From positions 25,347-89,346 of the forward strand of contig JAYUPL010000014.1 of NCBI GenBank assembly GCA_043760135.1: 64,000 nt of DNA, read 5' to 3'. This DNA is from Candidatus Parcubacteria bacterium (GTDB taxonomy: Bacteria > Patescibacteriota > Minisyncoccia > Phycocordibacterales > CAIZLB01). Under the pieces are notes generated by a model. That model made no database searches, had not been told where the DNA came from, and worked only from the letters and a program-made list of their open reading frames with translations. The first letter of the stretch is position 1. Every line of letters begins with the position of its first letter. This document shows positions 28,531 to 38,800 of this stretch, in pieces. The translations under genes and the position numbers were made by a program.

Positions 28531-29028
28531 ATGGAAGGATTACAAACATTAGAGGAAAATAAAATAAGTTCATTAGAAACACTTGCCACAGAGTATTCTG
28601 TCTTAGCTAAGTATTTAGAGTCAAGTGAAAAATTTTATAGTCACAATGGAATACCTTTACCTGAAGCATTGTATGACGAAGAAAATAAAGAGCTTGTTAT
28701 AGAAATGACTGTTCCTGAAACAGCTCAGGCTTGGGAAGGGTTTGCTCATGGTGGATATTTGGCCACTTTATTAGATACTGGTGCTGGTGTAGCAGGTTTT
28801 ATGGAAGCTATAAAAATGGGAAAAGGTATTGTAACAAAAGAAATAAATAATATAACTTACAAAGCGCCAATACCTGTTGGTTCGCTTATTAAAGTTCGAG
28901 GGAAAATTGTTTCAATAGAAGAAAATGTTGTCAATACTGAAGGATATATATCGTTAGTTATTGAAGGTAAAGAGCGAAGACCTTTTGTATATTGTACAGC
29001 AAAAATGGTTATTAAGGATATTGGTTAA
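28531..29028 (+). CDS. hotdog-fold acyl-CoA thioesterase (PaaI-like)
   Basis: AHGGYLATLLDTGAGVAGF motif. Start taken at the internal ATG. Confidence 0.6.
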   Translation: MEGLQTLEENKISSLETLATEYSVLAKYLESSEKFYSHNGIPLPEALYDEENKELVIEMTVPETAQAWEGFAHGGYLATLLDTGAGVAGFMEAIKMGKGIVTKEINNITYKAPIPVGSLIKVRGKIVSIEENVVNTEGYISLVIEGKERRPFVYCTAKMVIKDIG

Positions 29029-29098
29029 TATATAAAATGAACCCCACTCAGCTAATGCCTTGTGGGGTTATGTTTTGAACCAGAGTTTGTGACCCGGT

Positions 29099-29560
29099 TC
29101 ATTTCCTGATGACCGCTACGTTCCAGTAGTCGGGATACCAACCTTCATGCAGGTGTCTTTTTTGATAGTTGATTGCTGATCCGCGACGGCTGTATTCAAT
29201 TGAAACGACCCATTTATCAGTACTGAAATAATTCTCAAACATGCTACCGAAGAAGAAGAGAGCGTGACCATCCATGCATACAGGGGGAAGATGTTTGAGA
29301 CTTTCGTCAGCGGGATTTTTTGAAATATAATCAGACATGCAATGATTTAAGGGGATGTATTCTACCTGTTGTTGTAACAAGTTAAACATATCCCCAATAG
29401 TCATGTCCTTTGTTCCAATTTTGATTACTTCGATATGGCGAGGGTCAACCATTCCACAATTTTGAAAGTTTGTAATCGGTTCTTTGTATTTAAACCATTT
29501 ATGTTTCTGAATTTCTTCATATTCAGCTGAGGAACTGCAGTCTACTAATGTGTCAGTCAT
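29099..29560 (-). CDS. hypothetical protein
   Basis: 153-aa ORF, GC elevated. Confidence 0.4.
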   Translation of the reverse strand: MTDTLVDCSSSAEYEEIQKHKWFKYKEPITNFQNCGMVDPRHIEVIKIGTKDMTIGDMFNLLQQQVEYIPLNHCMSDYISKNPADESLKHLPPVCMDGHALFFFGSMFENYFSTDKWVVSIEYSRRGSAINYQKRHLHEGWYPDYWNVAVIRK

Positions 29561-29838
29561 ATTTTTGTTGAGTTAAATTTTCATCCACTACCCACACAGG
29601 TATAGGTAATTATTATTTAATTATAGCATATTTACCTATAAAAAGCAAGTTCATAATCGTTCATACCTCCCCGAGGTCGGGGTTCTTTTTCATCCCTAAA
29701 AGACACTCAAAACCCCCTAGAAATCCCCATCAATCCATGCTATAGTTCATGGACAAGTTTTGATTTTTTCGCACAAACTCGCGAGCATCAACACATTTAA
29801 CAAAAAATAAAACAAATATAAAAACAACACACAATTTT

Positions 29839-31983
29839 ATGCAACGTGATTATCCATTAGAAAAAACAAGAAACTTCGGTATTATCGCCCACATCGACGC
29901 CGGTAAAACAACAACATCAGAGCGTATCCTGTACTACACAGGTATGTCCCACAAGATCGGAGAGGTTCACGAAGGTGAAGCAGTAACTGACTGGATGGAG
30001 CAAGAGAAAGAAAGAGGTATTACGATCACTGCCGCTGCGATCACTTGTTTCTGGAATCCTTCTTACATGGGTACTGATAAGTCACAAATGCATAGATTTA
30101 ATATCATCGACACACCGGGTCACGTAGACTTTACGGTGGAGGTGGAGAGATCTCTAAAAGTTCTTGATGGTGCCGTTACTGTGTTTGACGGTGTTGCTGG
30201 AGTAGAGCCGCAATCAGAAACTGTATGGAGACAAGCTGATAAATATAACGTGCCTCGTATTTGTTTTATTAACAAACTAGATAGAACTGGTGGATCATTT
30301 GAAAAATCATTCAAATCAATCACAGAAAGACTTACTAAACATGCTGTTCGTATGCAAATCCCAATGGGAGAGGAAGAAAGAATGGTTGGTGTGATCGATC
30401 TTATGAAGATGAAATCATATACATTCGAAGGAGATATGGGAAGTAAGGTGATAGAAGCTGAAATCCCTGCTGAATACATGGCTGATGCTACAAAATTCAG
30501 AGCTGAGCTTGTTGAAGCTGCTGCATCACAAGATGATGATATGATGAACACATATCTTGAAGGTGGTGAATTTACTATTGAGCAATTAAAAGCTGCTATT
30601 AGAAAAGGAACATTGGCTAACAAACTTTTCCCAGTATTTACAGGAACAGCTTTGAAAAATAAAGGAGTACAGCTTGTACTTGATGCTGTTGTAGAATACC
30701 TACCATCTCCACTTGATATTCCACCAGTAAAAGGACTTGATCCTGAAACTGGAGAAGAGATTGTAAGAGAGGCTTCTGATACAGAACCTTTTGCTGCTCT
30801 TGCCTTCAAACTACAAACTGATCCATTCGTAGGACAACTTACATTCTTTAGAGTGTACTCAGGAACTATTGAAGCTGGTTCATATATCTATAACTCAACA
30901 ACTGGAAATAAAGAAAGACTAGGACGTATTGTTAGACTACAAGCAAATAAAAGAGAAGAGGTTACAAAAGTATATGCTGGAGAAATTGCTGCAGCTGTAG
31001 GTTTGAAAGAAGCTCTTACTTCACATACTTTCTGTGATGAAGCACATCCAATCGTACTTGACCCGATTACTTTTGCTGAGCCTGTTGTATCTCTATCAAT
31101 TGAACCAAAAACAAAAGCTGACCAAGAAAAAATGGGTCTCGCACTTAGAAAACTTGGTAATGAAGATCCAACTTTCCGTATTACTTCAAATGCAGAAACA
31201 GGTCAAACACTTATCGCTGGTATGGGTGAACTTCACTTAGAGATTATGATCGACCGTATGAAGAGAGAATTCAACGTTGAAGCAAATGTAGGTGCACCTC
31301 AAGTGGCATACAGAGAAACTATTACTGCCGAAGTAAAAGATGTTGATTATAAATACGCTAAGCAATCAGGAGGTAAGGGTCAATACGGACACGTACGTAT
31401 TACACTTAAACCACTTGAAGAATTACCAGAAGGAACTAAACTTGCTAAAAATGTTCACCGAGAGCCTGGATATGAGTTTATTGACTCTATCAAAGGAGGT
31501 ATTATTCCTGGAGAATTTATTCCTGCAGTACAAAAAGGTGTTCGTGAGGCTATGGAGCGTGGTATTGTTGCAGGGTTCCCACTTACTGGAGTGTCTTGTG
31601 AACTTACTTTCGGATCATCTCATGACGTGGACTCATCAGAAATCGCCTACAAGATTGCTGCATCACAGGCCTTCCAAGAAGGTGCAAGAAGAGCAAAACC
31701 AGTTATCATGGAACCTATCATGCGTATCGAGGTTGTTGTTCCTGAGAAATTCATGGGTGACGTTACAGGATCATTATCATCAAAAAGAGGACAGATCGAG
31801 GGTATGGAAGATCGAGGTTTAAACAAGGCTATCAAAGCTCTTGTGCCACTTTCAGAGCTATTTGGATACACTACACAACTACGTTCTATGACAGAAGGTC
31901 GTGGATCAAGTACTATGGAATTTGCTAAATATGAAGCGGTACCACCAAACGTAGAAAAACTAATAGTTGACGCGAGAAAATAA
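29839..31983 (+). CDS. fusA: elongation factor G
   Basis: GIIAHIDAGKTTT, DTPGHVDF and NKLDR GTPase motifs. 714 aa. Confidence 0.95.
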   Translation: MQRDYPLEKTRNFGIIAHIDAGKTTTSERILYYTGMSHKIGEVHEGEAVTDWMEQEKERGITITAAAITCFWNPSYMGTDKSQMHRFNIIDTPGHVDFTVEVERSLKVLDGAVTVFDGVAGVEPQSETVWRQADKYNVPRICFINKLDRTGGSFEKSFKSITERLTKHAVRMQIPMGEEERMVGVIDLMKMKSYTFEGDMGSKVIEAEIPAEYMADATKFRAELVEAAASQDDDMMNTYLEGGEFTIEQLKAAIRKGTLANKLFPVFTGTALKNKGVQLVLDAVVEYLPSPLDIPPVKGLDPETGEEIVREASDTEPFAALAFKLQTDPFVGQLTFFRVYSGTIEAGSYIYNSTTGNKERLGRIVRLQANKREEVTKVYAGEIAAAVGLKEALTSHTFCDEAHPIVLDPITFAEPVVSLSIEPKTKADQEKMGLALRKLGNEDPTFRITSNAETGQTLIAGMGELHLEIMIDRMKREFNVEANVGAPQVAYRETITAEVKDVDYKYAKQSGGKGQYGHVRITLKPLEELPEGTKLAKNVHREPGYEFIDSIKGGIIPGEFIPAVQKGVREAMERGIVAGFPLTGVSCELTFGSSHDVDSSEIAYKIAASQAFQEGARRAKPVIMEPIMRIEVVVPEKFMGDVTGSLSSKRGQIEGMEDRGLNKAIKALVPLSELFGYTTQLRSMTEGRGSSTMEFAKYEAVPPNVEKLIVDARK

Positions 31984-32005
31984 TTAATATACTATACAAA
32001 ACAAT

Positions 32006-32275
32006 ATGCCAATAACACAATCAGCCAAAAAAGCTCTTAGAGCAGGAGAAAAAAAGAAAGTTTTTAACTTGAGACGTAAGAAAAAAGTTGAAGATGCAGT
32101 TAAATCTGTTAAACGCCTTGTAAAAGAGGGTAAAACTAAAGAAGCTAATGCTTTATTGCCAGAAGCATACTCTGCGTTAGACAAAGCAGCTAAAGGTAAT
32201 ACTATCAAAGCCAATACAGCAGCGAGAAAGAAATCAAGACTTAATGCTATGGTGAAGAAGGCTACGCTGAAGTAA
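32006..32275 (+). CDS. rpsT: 30S ribosomal protein S20
   Basis: PITQSAKKALRA...Lys/Ala-rich basic 89-aa protein. Confidence 0.85.
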   Translation: MPITQSAKKALRAGEKKKVFNLRRKKKVEDAVKSVKRLVKEGKTKEANALLPEAYSALDKAAKGNTIKANTAARKKSRLNAMVKKATLK

Positions 32276-32297
32276 TATTCTAAACCTAAACAATAAA

Positions 32298-32331
32298 AAT
32301 ACACATCCTGGTTGGGGATGTGTATTTTTTT
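32298..32331. terminator. bidirectional rho-independent terminator acacatcc-tggtt-ggatgtgt flanked by A/T runs
   Basis: 8-bp stem with T7 on the plus strand and a T-run on the minus strand. Lies between the convergent rpsT and 32342 gene. Confidence 0.65.
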
Positions 32332-32341
32332 GAGAAGGTTT

Positions 32342-32938
32342 TTACTTCCCAACAAAGTTTCCCGCTGCTGTCATAATAGTATCCTTGATCTCAAGTGGTT
32401 TAGGGACATCATCAAATAAGAACCTTTGTGTAGCTCCAGCTGTCTGTATTTCCACATCTCCAAAGTTTAAGTATGACTGAACAAAACCATCAGTATGTAC
32501 CGAAGTATCTTCAATAGATGTTAAATGTAACTCAGAAACTTTTCTTCTAAAAAGTGCGAGTTGAGATATGTCCAATATTCTCTCGTCTGTAACTATCCAA
32601 CTATCAAGTGCGTACATTGTTAGTTTATAAAAAACATAAAACCATATTGTCATAAGATATATAACCCAGGTTAAAGTAAAGATTGAAGAAAGATTGTATT
32701 GTATAAGTATTTTCGCACCTAAAACTACAAGTAGAAGTGGTAGTATGCTTGCAAAAAGTCCAATTACAATGGTACTTAGAAGCACAAACCAATGACGTCT
32801 TGTAAAAACTAGTATTTTTTCATTTGGTTTTTTACCATCAAAATTCATCTCTGAGTGAGATAGAAAATCAAATAAATTTCTACTTTGTGTTTTTATTTCA
32901 ACATTAGCTATGTCGATAGTTTCTTTTATTATATTCAT
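32342..32938 (-). CDS. membrane protein with bacterial PH (bPH_2/YdbS-like) domain
   Basis: Two TM helices followed by a PH-like domain. Similar architecture to 50597..51205. Confidence 0.45.
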   Translation of the reverse strand: MNIIKETIDIANVEIKTQSRNLFDFLSHSEMNFDGKKPNEKILVFTRRHWFVLLSTIVIGLFASILPLLLVVLGAKILIQYNLSSIFTLTWVIYLMTIWFYVFYKLTMYALDSWIVTDERILDISQLALFRRKVSELHLTSIEDTSVHTDGFVQSYLNFGDVEIQTAGATQRFLFDDVPKPLEIKDTIMTAAGNFVGK

Positions 32939-32942
32939 AGTT

Positions 32943-33140
32943 TTATCTTATTGCTATAAGGAGCATTATACTTAATATGGTTAAAAAAACTGATCCAAAT
33001 ATCATTATAAAAGCAATCCGCCGAGGATATGTTCCAATTCCAAAACGTATTAAGTGATAGGAGAGAAGGAATATTCCGGTCCAGTAACCGAATAGAAATA
33101 ATCCGGTTATTATTGCAATAGAGTTGGATAGGGTGGGCAT
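32943..33140 (-). CDS. hypothetical small 2-TM membrane protein
   Basis: 65 aa, two hydrophobic helices, immediately upstream of the bPH protein. Confidence 0.35.
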   Translation of the reverse strand: MPTLSNSIAIITGLFLFGYWTGIFLLSYHLIRFGIGTYPRRIAFIMIFGSVFLTILSIMLLIAIR

Positions 33141-33246
33141 GTTTGGATTATATCATATTTGGAATAAAAATAGCCCTAAGCGTGTTTATTGACAACTCTA
33201 TATTTATTGATACTATTACCCTGTAAACCTTAAACCCCAAACTACC

Positions 33247-33843
33247 ATGGCCACAAAAGATATTGTCTGGATGTCTATTATCCTCCTTGTTATCATTATT
33301 ACTTCGGTTATTTCCTGGAAGGAAAAGAATAATGCTCGAAATTTTGTTTTGAACTCTAAAACCGCCCTGGAGGATTTACTTAACCAGGCAGAAGACTTAC
33401 TTGATAAAAATCCTGAAGTTGCACCTCCATTTTTCGATGATTTTCATGAGATGTGGTGCGATCTTATAAATTTATTCCAAGGTGTCGATGAGAACACCTT
33501 TGATATTTGTTGGGTCACGAAGCAGAAAGAGGTGTTGATATTTAAACACTCGATAACTGCCAAGGTCGTCGAAATCAAAGAAGACATTCAGATAGTAATC
33601 GACGCAAAGTTCCATGTGCCTTTGTTGTTAGAGCTACTGCCTCCATTGCTTTCAGAAGTTCGTAAAAAGATTTCTGAAGGAAAACTTTCCGAGGACAAAG
33701 CGAAGCCTTATCTTGATCGAGCACACGGTTGGTTTTCTGAAGCGTGTGCAGTGATGCGTCAAAGTCAGGATCATTCATTGATATGGGGTATGCTCAGAAG
33801 CGCAAACGAAGAACTTGGTTTGGCTGATTCTTTCGAGGTGTAA
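33247..33843 (+). CDS. hypothetical protein with N-terminal TM
   Basis: 198-aa ORF. Confidence 0.4.
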   Translation: MATKDIVWMSIILLVIIITSVISWKEKNNARNFVLNSKTALEDLLNQAEDLLDKNPEVAPPFFDDFHEMWCDLINLFQGVDENTFDICWVTKQKEVLIFKHSITAKVVEIKEDIQIVIDAKFHVPLLLELLPPLLSEVRKKISEGKLSEDKAKPYLDRAHGWFSEACAVMRQSQDHSLIWGMLRSANEELGLADSFEV

Positions 33844-33874
33844 ACCTTTTCAAAGCTCTCGATGATCCTAGTGG

Positions 33875-34408
33875 TTGTCGAGAGTAATTTTTTGTTATAC
33901 TAATATAATGAATAAAAAATTTGATACATTAAAAATAACCTTTGCTATTTTAGTGTCAATATATTTTTTCTACTATGCATCAACTTCAACTGAGTGGCAC
34001 TTTATTGATAGTATTAATCTTATCTTTCATGAAGCGGGACATACCCTTACTTTTTTCTTTGGACAATTTATTAGTATTGCTAGTGGATCTTTATTTCAAA
34101 TCTTGATTCCTGTTGTGTGTTGTTTGTATTTCTACAAAGAACAACAATATTATTCTACATCCTTACTATTATTTTGGGTTGGTCAAAATCTTATTAACGT
34201 ATCAGTGTACGTTGGAGATTCTATAAATATGCAGTTACCATTATTGGGAGGGGAAAGTGCAATTCATGATTGGAATTATTTATTATCAGAGATGGGTATT
34301 TTGAAATATGCACCTGGCGTGGCGGATATGATTTATTTAAGTGGAGTTTTGGTGATGGTGATGGGGTTGTATTATTCTATTACATTTTCAAAAAACTATA
34401 AAAAATAA
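33875..34408 (+). CDS. hypothetical membrane protein with HEXXH motif
   Basis: IFHEAGHTL at the edge of a TM helix. 4-5 TM helices. Confidence 0.4.
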   Translation: MSRVIFCYTNIMNKKFDTLKITFAILVSIYFFYYASTSTEWHFIDSINLIFHEAGHTLTFFFGQFISIASGSLFQILIPVVCCLYFYKEQQYYSTSLLLFWVGQNLINVSVYVGDSINMQLPLLGGESAIHDWNYLLSEMGILKYAPGVADMIYLSGVLVMVMGLYYSITFSKNYKK

Positions 34409-34428
34409 TTTTATATATAATACCCAAA

Positions 34429-35070
34429 CTATTTTCTAGATTCTTTAATCTTAAAAACAATGTTTTTAGCGTTGCTCAGTATTGAACTTGCGAATCGTGT
34501 CAAATCGGCTGGTCCGGAGTCAGAACTATTAAATCCTTTGTATGATCCATCCAACATATAAATAGTGCTATCAATACTACTATCGTTATTACGATCTCCG
34601 TTCTTTAATACCGGTCCAACATTTTTAAGTAAGGGGTATAACTCATTAACTTTTAATTTTAATTTGTTGGTTACTTCTGCTCTAATTGCTGGAGATGTGG
34701 CTCTATCTACTCTAAAACCAAATCCTTTAACTTCAGTTTCGAATTCGTCTATCATACCAAGAATTTTTTCAGAATCTGATTCAAAAGATTCTGTAGATTC
34801 ATTTACGGTACCAAGTTGGTTCTTTAATTCTATAATTCTATTTTGATCGTTTAATGCAGCTTCGCTATTAGAAATAGTTTTTTCAGTTGAAACGGGTATA
34901 TTATTACTTGTTTGATTTACCTCTTGTCTTGAACGTAATTCTTTTTCAACAGATTCCCTTATATCTGTTGGTAGAGAGTCAAGGAAGGCATTAATTTTAT
35001 CCAGCGAATCTTTTACTTTGGTTTCATGATCTGTGTTAACTTCAAATTGGTTTGGTTTTATGTCTTCCAT
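34429..35070 (-). CDS. hypothetical coiled-coil protein
   Basis: 213 aa, charged helical sequence. Confidence 0.4.
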   Translation of the reverse strand: MEDIKPNQFEVNTDHETKVKDSLDKINAFLDSLPTDIRESVEKELRSRQEVNQTSNNIPVSTEKTISNSEAALNDQNRIIELKNQLGTVNESTESFESDSEKILGMIDEFETEVKGFGFRVDRATSPAIRAEVTNKLKLKVNELYPLLKNVGPVLKNGDRNNDSSIDSTIYMLDGSYKGFNSSDSGPADLTRFASSILSNAKNIVFKIKESRK

Positions 35071-35130
35071 GAGTGATATTATATATTAATTAGAAATACT
35101 GCGCTATTACATAACCTTGTGATTATATAG

Positions 35131-35155
35131 AAAAACGCCCACATGGGCGTTTTTC
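35131..35155 (-). terminator. hairpin aaaaacgccc-acat-gggcgttttt downstream of the minus-strand tRNA
   Basis: Perfect 10-bp stem flanked by A/T runs. Confidence 0.55.
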
Positions 35156-35158
35156 TTA

Positions 35159-35230
35159 CTGTGCTCCTGTTAGGAATCGACCTCTACGAGGTCAGTATAC
35201 CTTTGTGGTTTTCTCGGACCAAAGGTCCTC
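35159..35230 (-). other. degenerate tRNA-like remnant sharing a 22-bp 3'-tRNA segment with tRNA-Arg
   Basis: ctgtgctcctgttaggaatcga (35159..35180) differs by 1 nt from 35301..35322 (T-loop, T-stem, acceptor 3' strand, 2-nt trailer). Upstream sequence cannot form a D-arm, anticodon arm or acceptor stem. Confidence 0.4.
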
Positions 35231-35302
35231 AAAAACATCACAAAGCTTTTCGATTCCTAAAAACCCTTCGGATTTTTTAACTCGAACATATCGTAACAAT
35301 CT

Positions 35303-35375
35303 GTGCTCCCGTTAGGAATCGAACCTAAATTTACAGTTCCGCAAACTATTGTCCTATCCATTGAACGACGAGAGC
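35303..35375 (-). tRNA. tRNA-Arg (anticodon GCG by manual folding)
   Basis: Acceptor gctctcg/cgggagc, D-arm gttc-aatggata-ggac, anticodon arm atagt-ttGCGga-actgt, T-arm ttagg-ttcgatt-cctaa. No encoded CCA. Confidence 0.65.
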
Positions 35376-35401
35376 ATTTAGACAATATACCTCAAATTGC
35401 T

Positions 35402-35884
35402 CTAAAAACCAAGATACTCTAACGCTTTTTGAAAGATTGACTCACTAATCCTTTCCTCAGGTAAGATTTTCACCAATTCCTCATGAATATCGTGGATTCT
35501 GTCATTTGTGGTATCTAAGGGTAAGGTTAAAACAAGCAGGGAATCCAATACACCATTGGTAGCAAACAATATTCTTGAATGTATGTGGTGCTCCCGATTA
35601 TCTTCTATCCAAAATGAGCGTATGTCAGTAAATGACCAAAATTCTTGATTTACCCGAACACCTTTAGTATTTATTTCAAAACGAAGGATACGAGGCTCTT
35701 GAAAAGCGTGTATCAACAGCACTCCTGTGGCAACCAAAACAAGAACTCCGAAAGTTATATTCGAAAACATGAAAGAAATCAAGGTTATAGTTATAGAGAT
35801 TATTGCTACTGACCATTTCCAATCCTTATCTTTTGGGAAATACAGGTGATTGTACTCTTCCCATACCATTGGTAGTTTACTCAT
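35402..35884 (-). CDS. hypothetical membrane protein
   Basis: 160 aa, two TM helices. Confidence 0.4.
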   Translation of the reverse strand: MSKLPMVWEEYNHLYFPKDKDWKWSVAIISITITLISFMFSNITFGVLVLVATGVLLIHAFQEPRILRFEINTKGVRVNQEFWSFTDIRSFWIEDNREHHIHSRILFATNGVLDSLLVLTLPLDTTNDRIHDIHEELVKILPEERISESIFQKALEYLGF

Positions 35885-35898
35885 GATATTATTATACT

Positions 35899-38800
35899 AT
35901 GTTTACATTTATAATTACAGTATTTATTATTTTATACCTATTCAAAATAAATTCTCGCATCACTGATCTAGAAAATAAATTTAAAAACCCAAATCTCAAT
36001 CAAAATCTCGCGCCTGTACCAGCACCAGTGATACCAAATATGGTTGCGCCTGTACCTCAGCATGAGATACAAATACCAGCACCTGTTGTATCTCATCAAG
36101 ATAACTTTGCAACAAATTTGGCAAAATTTGGTATTGCAATTCTTGTGCTCGGCGTATTGTTTTTCTTAAACTACCTTGATAAACAAGGATTAATTGGTCC
36201 TGTGTTTAAATACGTTGCTGGATTATCTTTCGGTACTGTACTTCTAGGTGTTGGAGAATACTTGAGAAGTAGAAGTAAGGCCTATGTAAATATTCTTCGT
36301 GGTGCTGCATTTGTTATTTTCTACCTTACTTTATTTATTGGATACTTTGTATTTAAAATAGTTGCCTTGCCATTAACGTTAGGTTTAATAATCGCAGTCT
36401 TGGCGGTATCAATTATTATTTCATTACGTGAAAATGATGAGTTACCATTTACTATTGGAGCGCTGGGAGCATATCTGGTTTCTTTTTTAGTTAATTTAAA
36501 TTTTGGAGGATTGAGTGAGGAAAATGTAATCGGAATCTTATCATATCTATGTATATTAAATATTGCAGTGTTGGTTGTTTCATTTAGAAAACAATGGATA
36601 AATGGTGCGGTGATTGGATTTATATTTACCTGGTGTATCTTTGGATCAACGTTATCAGCCGATATTGGTAAAGGGTTGTTATTTGCATTCTCTACAATAT
36701 ACGGACTTCAATATATGATCGTGTTCTTGCTGCAAGATTTTAAAAAGGATAAAATCACCCACAATACCGTATTTTTAACCGTTATGAATACAATTGTGTA
36801 TTTGATGGTATTTTACAAATTGGTAGATAAAACATTCTGGTTTGACTATGTTGGGTTTTTGGTAGCTCTACTTGGAATATTCCACTTTATGGTGTATATG
36901 ATGCTTCGGGTTGTGAATAAAACATCAGATGGTGTTATCACACTTACACACTTTGTTATTTCTATTTTACTTATTACTGTTGCAATACCATTACAATTTG
37001 ACGGACCTTTGGTAACAATGATCTGGTTCTTTGAAGGTGTGGTATTGTCATTCCTATCTGTATTGCCAGACTTTAAAAATAAACCCATTATGTATGTTCT
37101 TGGTTTTGGATCTATTATTGCTGGTATTGCTCATATGATTATGTTTGGTGATTACAAGACGGTGTTAGAAACAGGTCAGATACTATTAAATCAATCATAT
37201 ATTGTATGGTTTGGAGTATTTGCCTTGATCAATCTTGTTGCCTATATCTGGTACAACACAGTGCAAGATTCACAAGATGTAAAATTCAAAACCGATATTG
37301 CTAAAGCTGCCTTCGCTTTGATCTTGGTTGGACAGGTGCTATTTGTCGCATTGACTTCTTTTGAAATAAATAATTATGGAAGATATAGGATAGATGTTGT
37401 AAACAAAGAGATTAACCAACAAGTACAATTAGATAGAAAATTATCTCCAGATAATTATGGATATGATACTACAAAATATGAAACAGAATATGCAGAAATA
37501 TCTTCTATTGCAAAACAAACCACATTTATGCAAATAGTATTATTTATTCTTATGACAATAATATATTTTGTAATCGGTTTGGTGAAGAAAAACAAAGTTG
37601 TGAGAAATATGGGTATTGTAACTTTGGTGATTACATCGGTATTACTTGTTACTCTAACTTGGGAACTTGGAGCGGTATATAGAATTATCACATTTGTTGG
37701 TTTTGGTATCTTACTACTTATTGTTTCATATTTGTATATTTCTAAAAACAAGAGGATGGATATGCCACAGGCACTGATGTTGTTGTTGATGATCGGATTA
37801 TTTGCAACGACAGTTGATGCAAAAGTAATAGATATAAAAAATTGGACCTCGGTTGCAACTCTAGGTCACTCACAGATCTCCGTGGGCAGTAGTACTGCGA
37901 TCAATAATCAAAATCTCTATGTGTTGCCAATTAATAAAGATGTTATAAATTTATCAAAAAAAAATTATCTGAGTGATATACGTATAATAGATAAGGCTCA
38001 TAATGAAATACCGTATATCTTGGTAAAATCAAATCAAAACACTCAAGACCTAAGAGAAAATAAAACTGATGTAAAGATTTTGGAAAATGGTGTGAGTCGT
38101 GATGGAAAAAGAATGTTGGTTATAGATACAACAAGAGAGGGGGTATTATATAATAACCTATATCTATCTCGTGATTTTAAATCACAAAACTTTAGAAAGA
38201 AAGTAAAAGTATATATCTCAGATAGTTTTTTAACCGTTAACAGTACATCGTGGATAGAGTTTGAACAAAGAAATGTAATATATAATTATACTGATGTAAA
38301 TAATTTTATAGTTGAAAACTTAGATATAAATTTAGCTGGTGTATCTTCACGATATCTAAAAATAGAATTAGCTGATGATACAGAGTTTGATAAAAATATA
38401 AAAGTTAATAATCAAATCTCTATTATAGGGGCACAAGTTGAATATTTGAAAACAGAAGACAAAAATATTGGTTATAAAGTAAAAGATTATCTAGGTGGTA
38501 ACTTTATTTTTGATAATGTATCAATTTACAAAGATGTGAAAGTTTTGGATAAGACGGAAAAAGAAGACAGGTCAGAAATAATATATGAAGGTGATATAGA
38601 TGTTGTAGAGTTAACTATTCGAGTTGATGAAAGTGAAAAAAACTTTAATAGGAATGTGGTCATTCAAGGATCGAATGATGATATTAATTGGCCAACACTG
38701 GGAAACACTAATGTATACCGCATAGACTCACCAACGTATAAAGGTGAAAAACTGAACATTATAATACCTCCATCTACCTATAAAAAATTCAAAGTAATTA

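Noticed and set aside
30120-30809. 229-aa antisense ORF inside fusA (and similar antisense or internal ORFs at 55314..55694, 55869..56081, 36846..37088, 37455..37751, 60455..60805, 16423..16701, 22523..22720)
   Set aside because: These lie entirely within strongly supported genes on the opposite strand. They are Ser/Ala/Pro-rich translations with no motifs, which is typical of shadow ORFs.
35159-35245. A second functional tRNA next to tRNA-Arg
   Set aside because: Only the T-loop and acceptor 3' half is conserved. No acceptor 5' strand, D-arm or anticodon arm can be formed with any register, so I treat it as a remnant.
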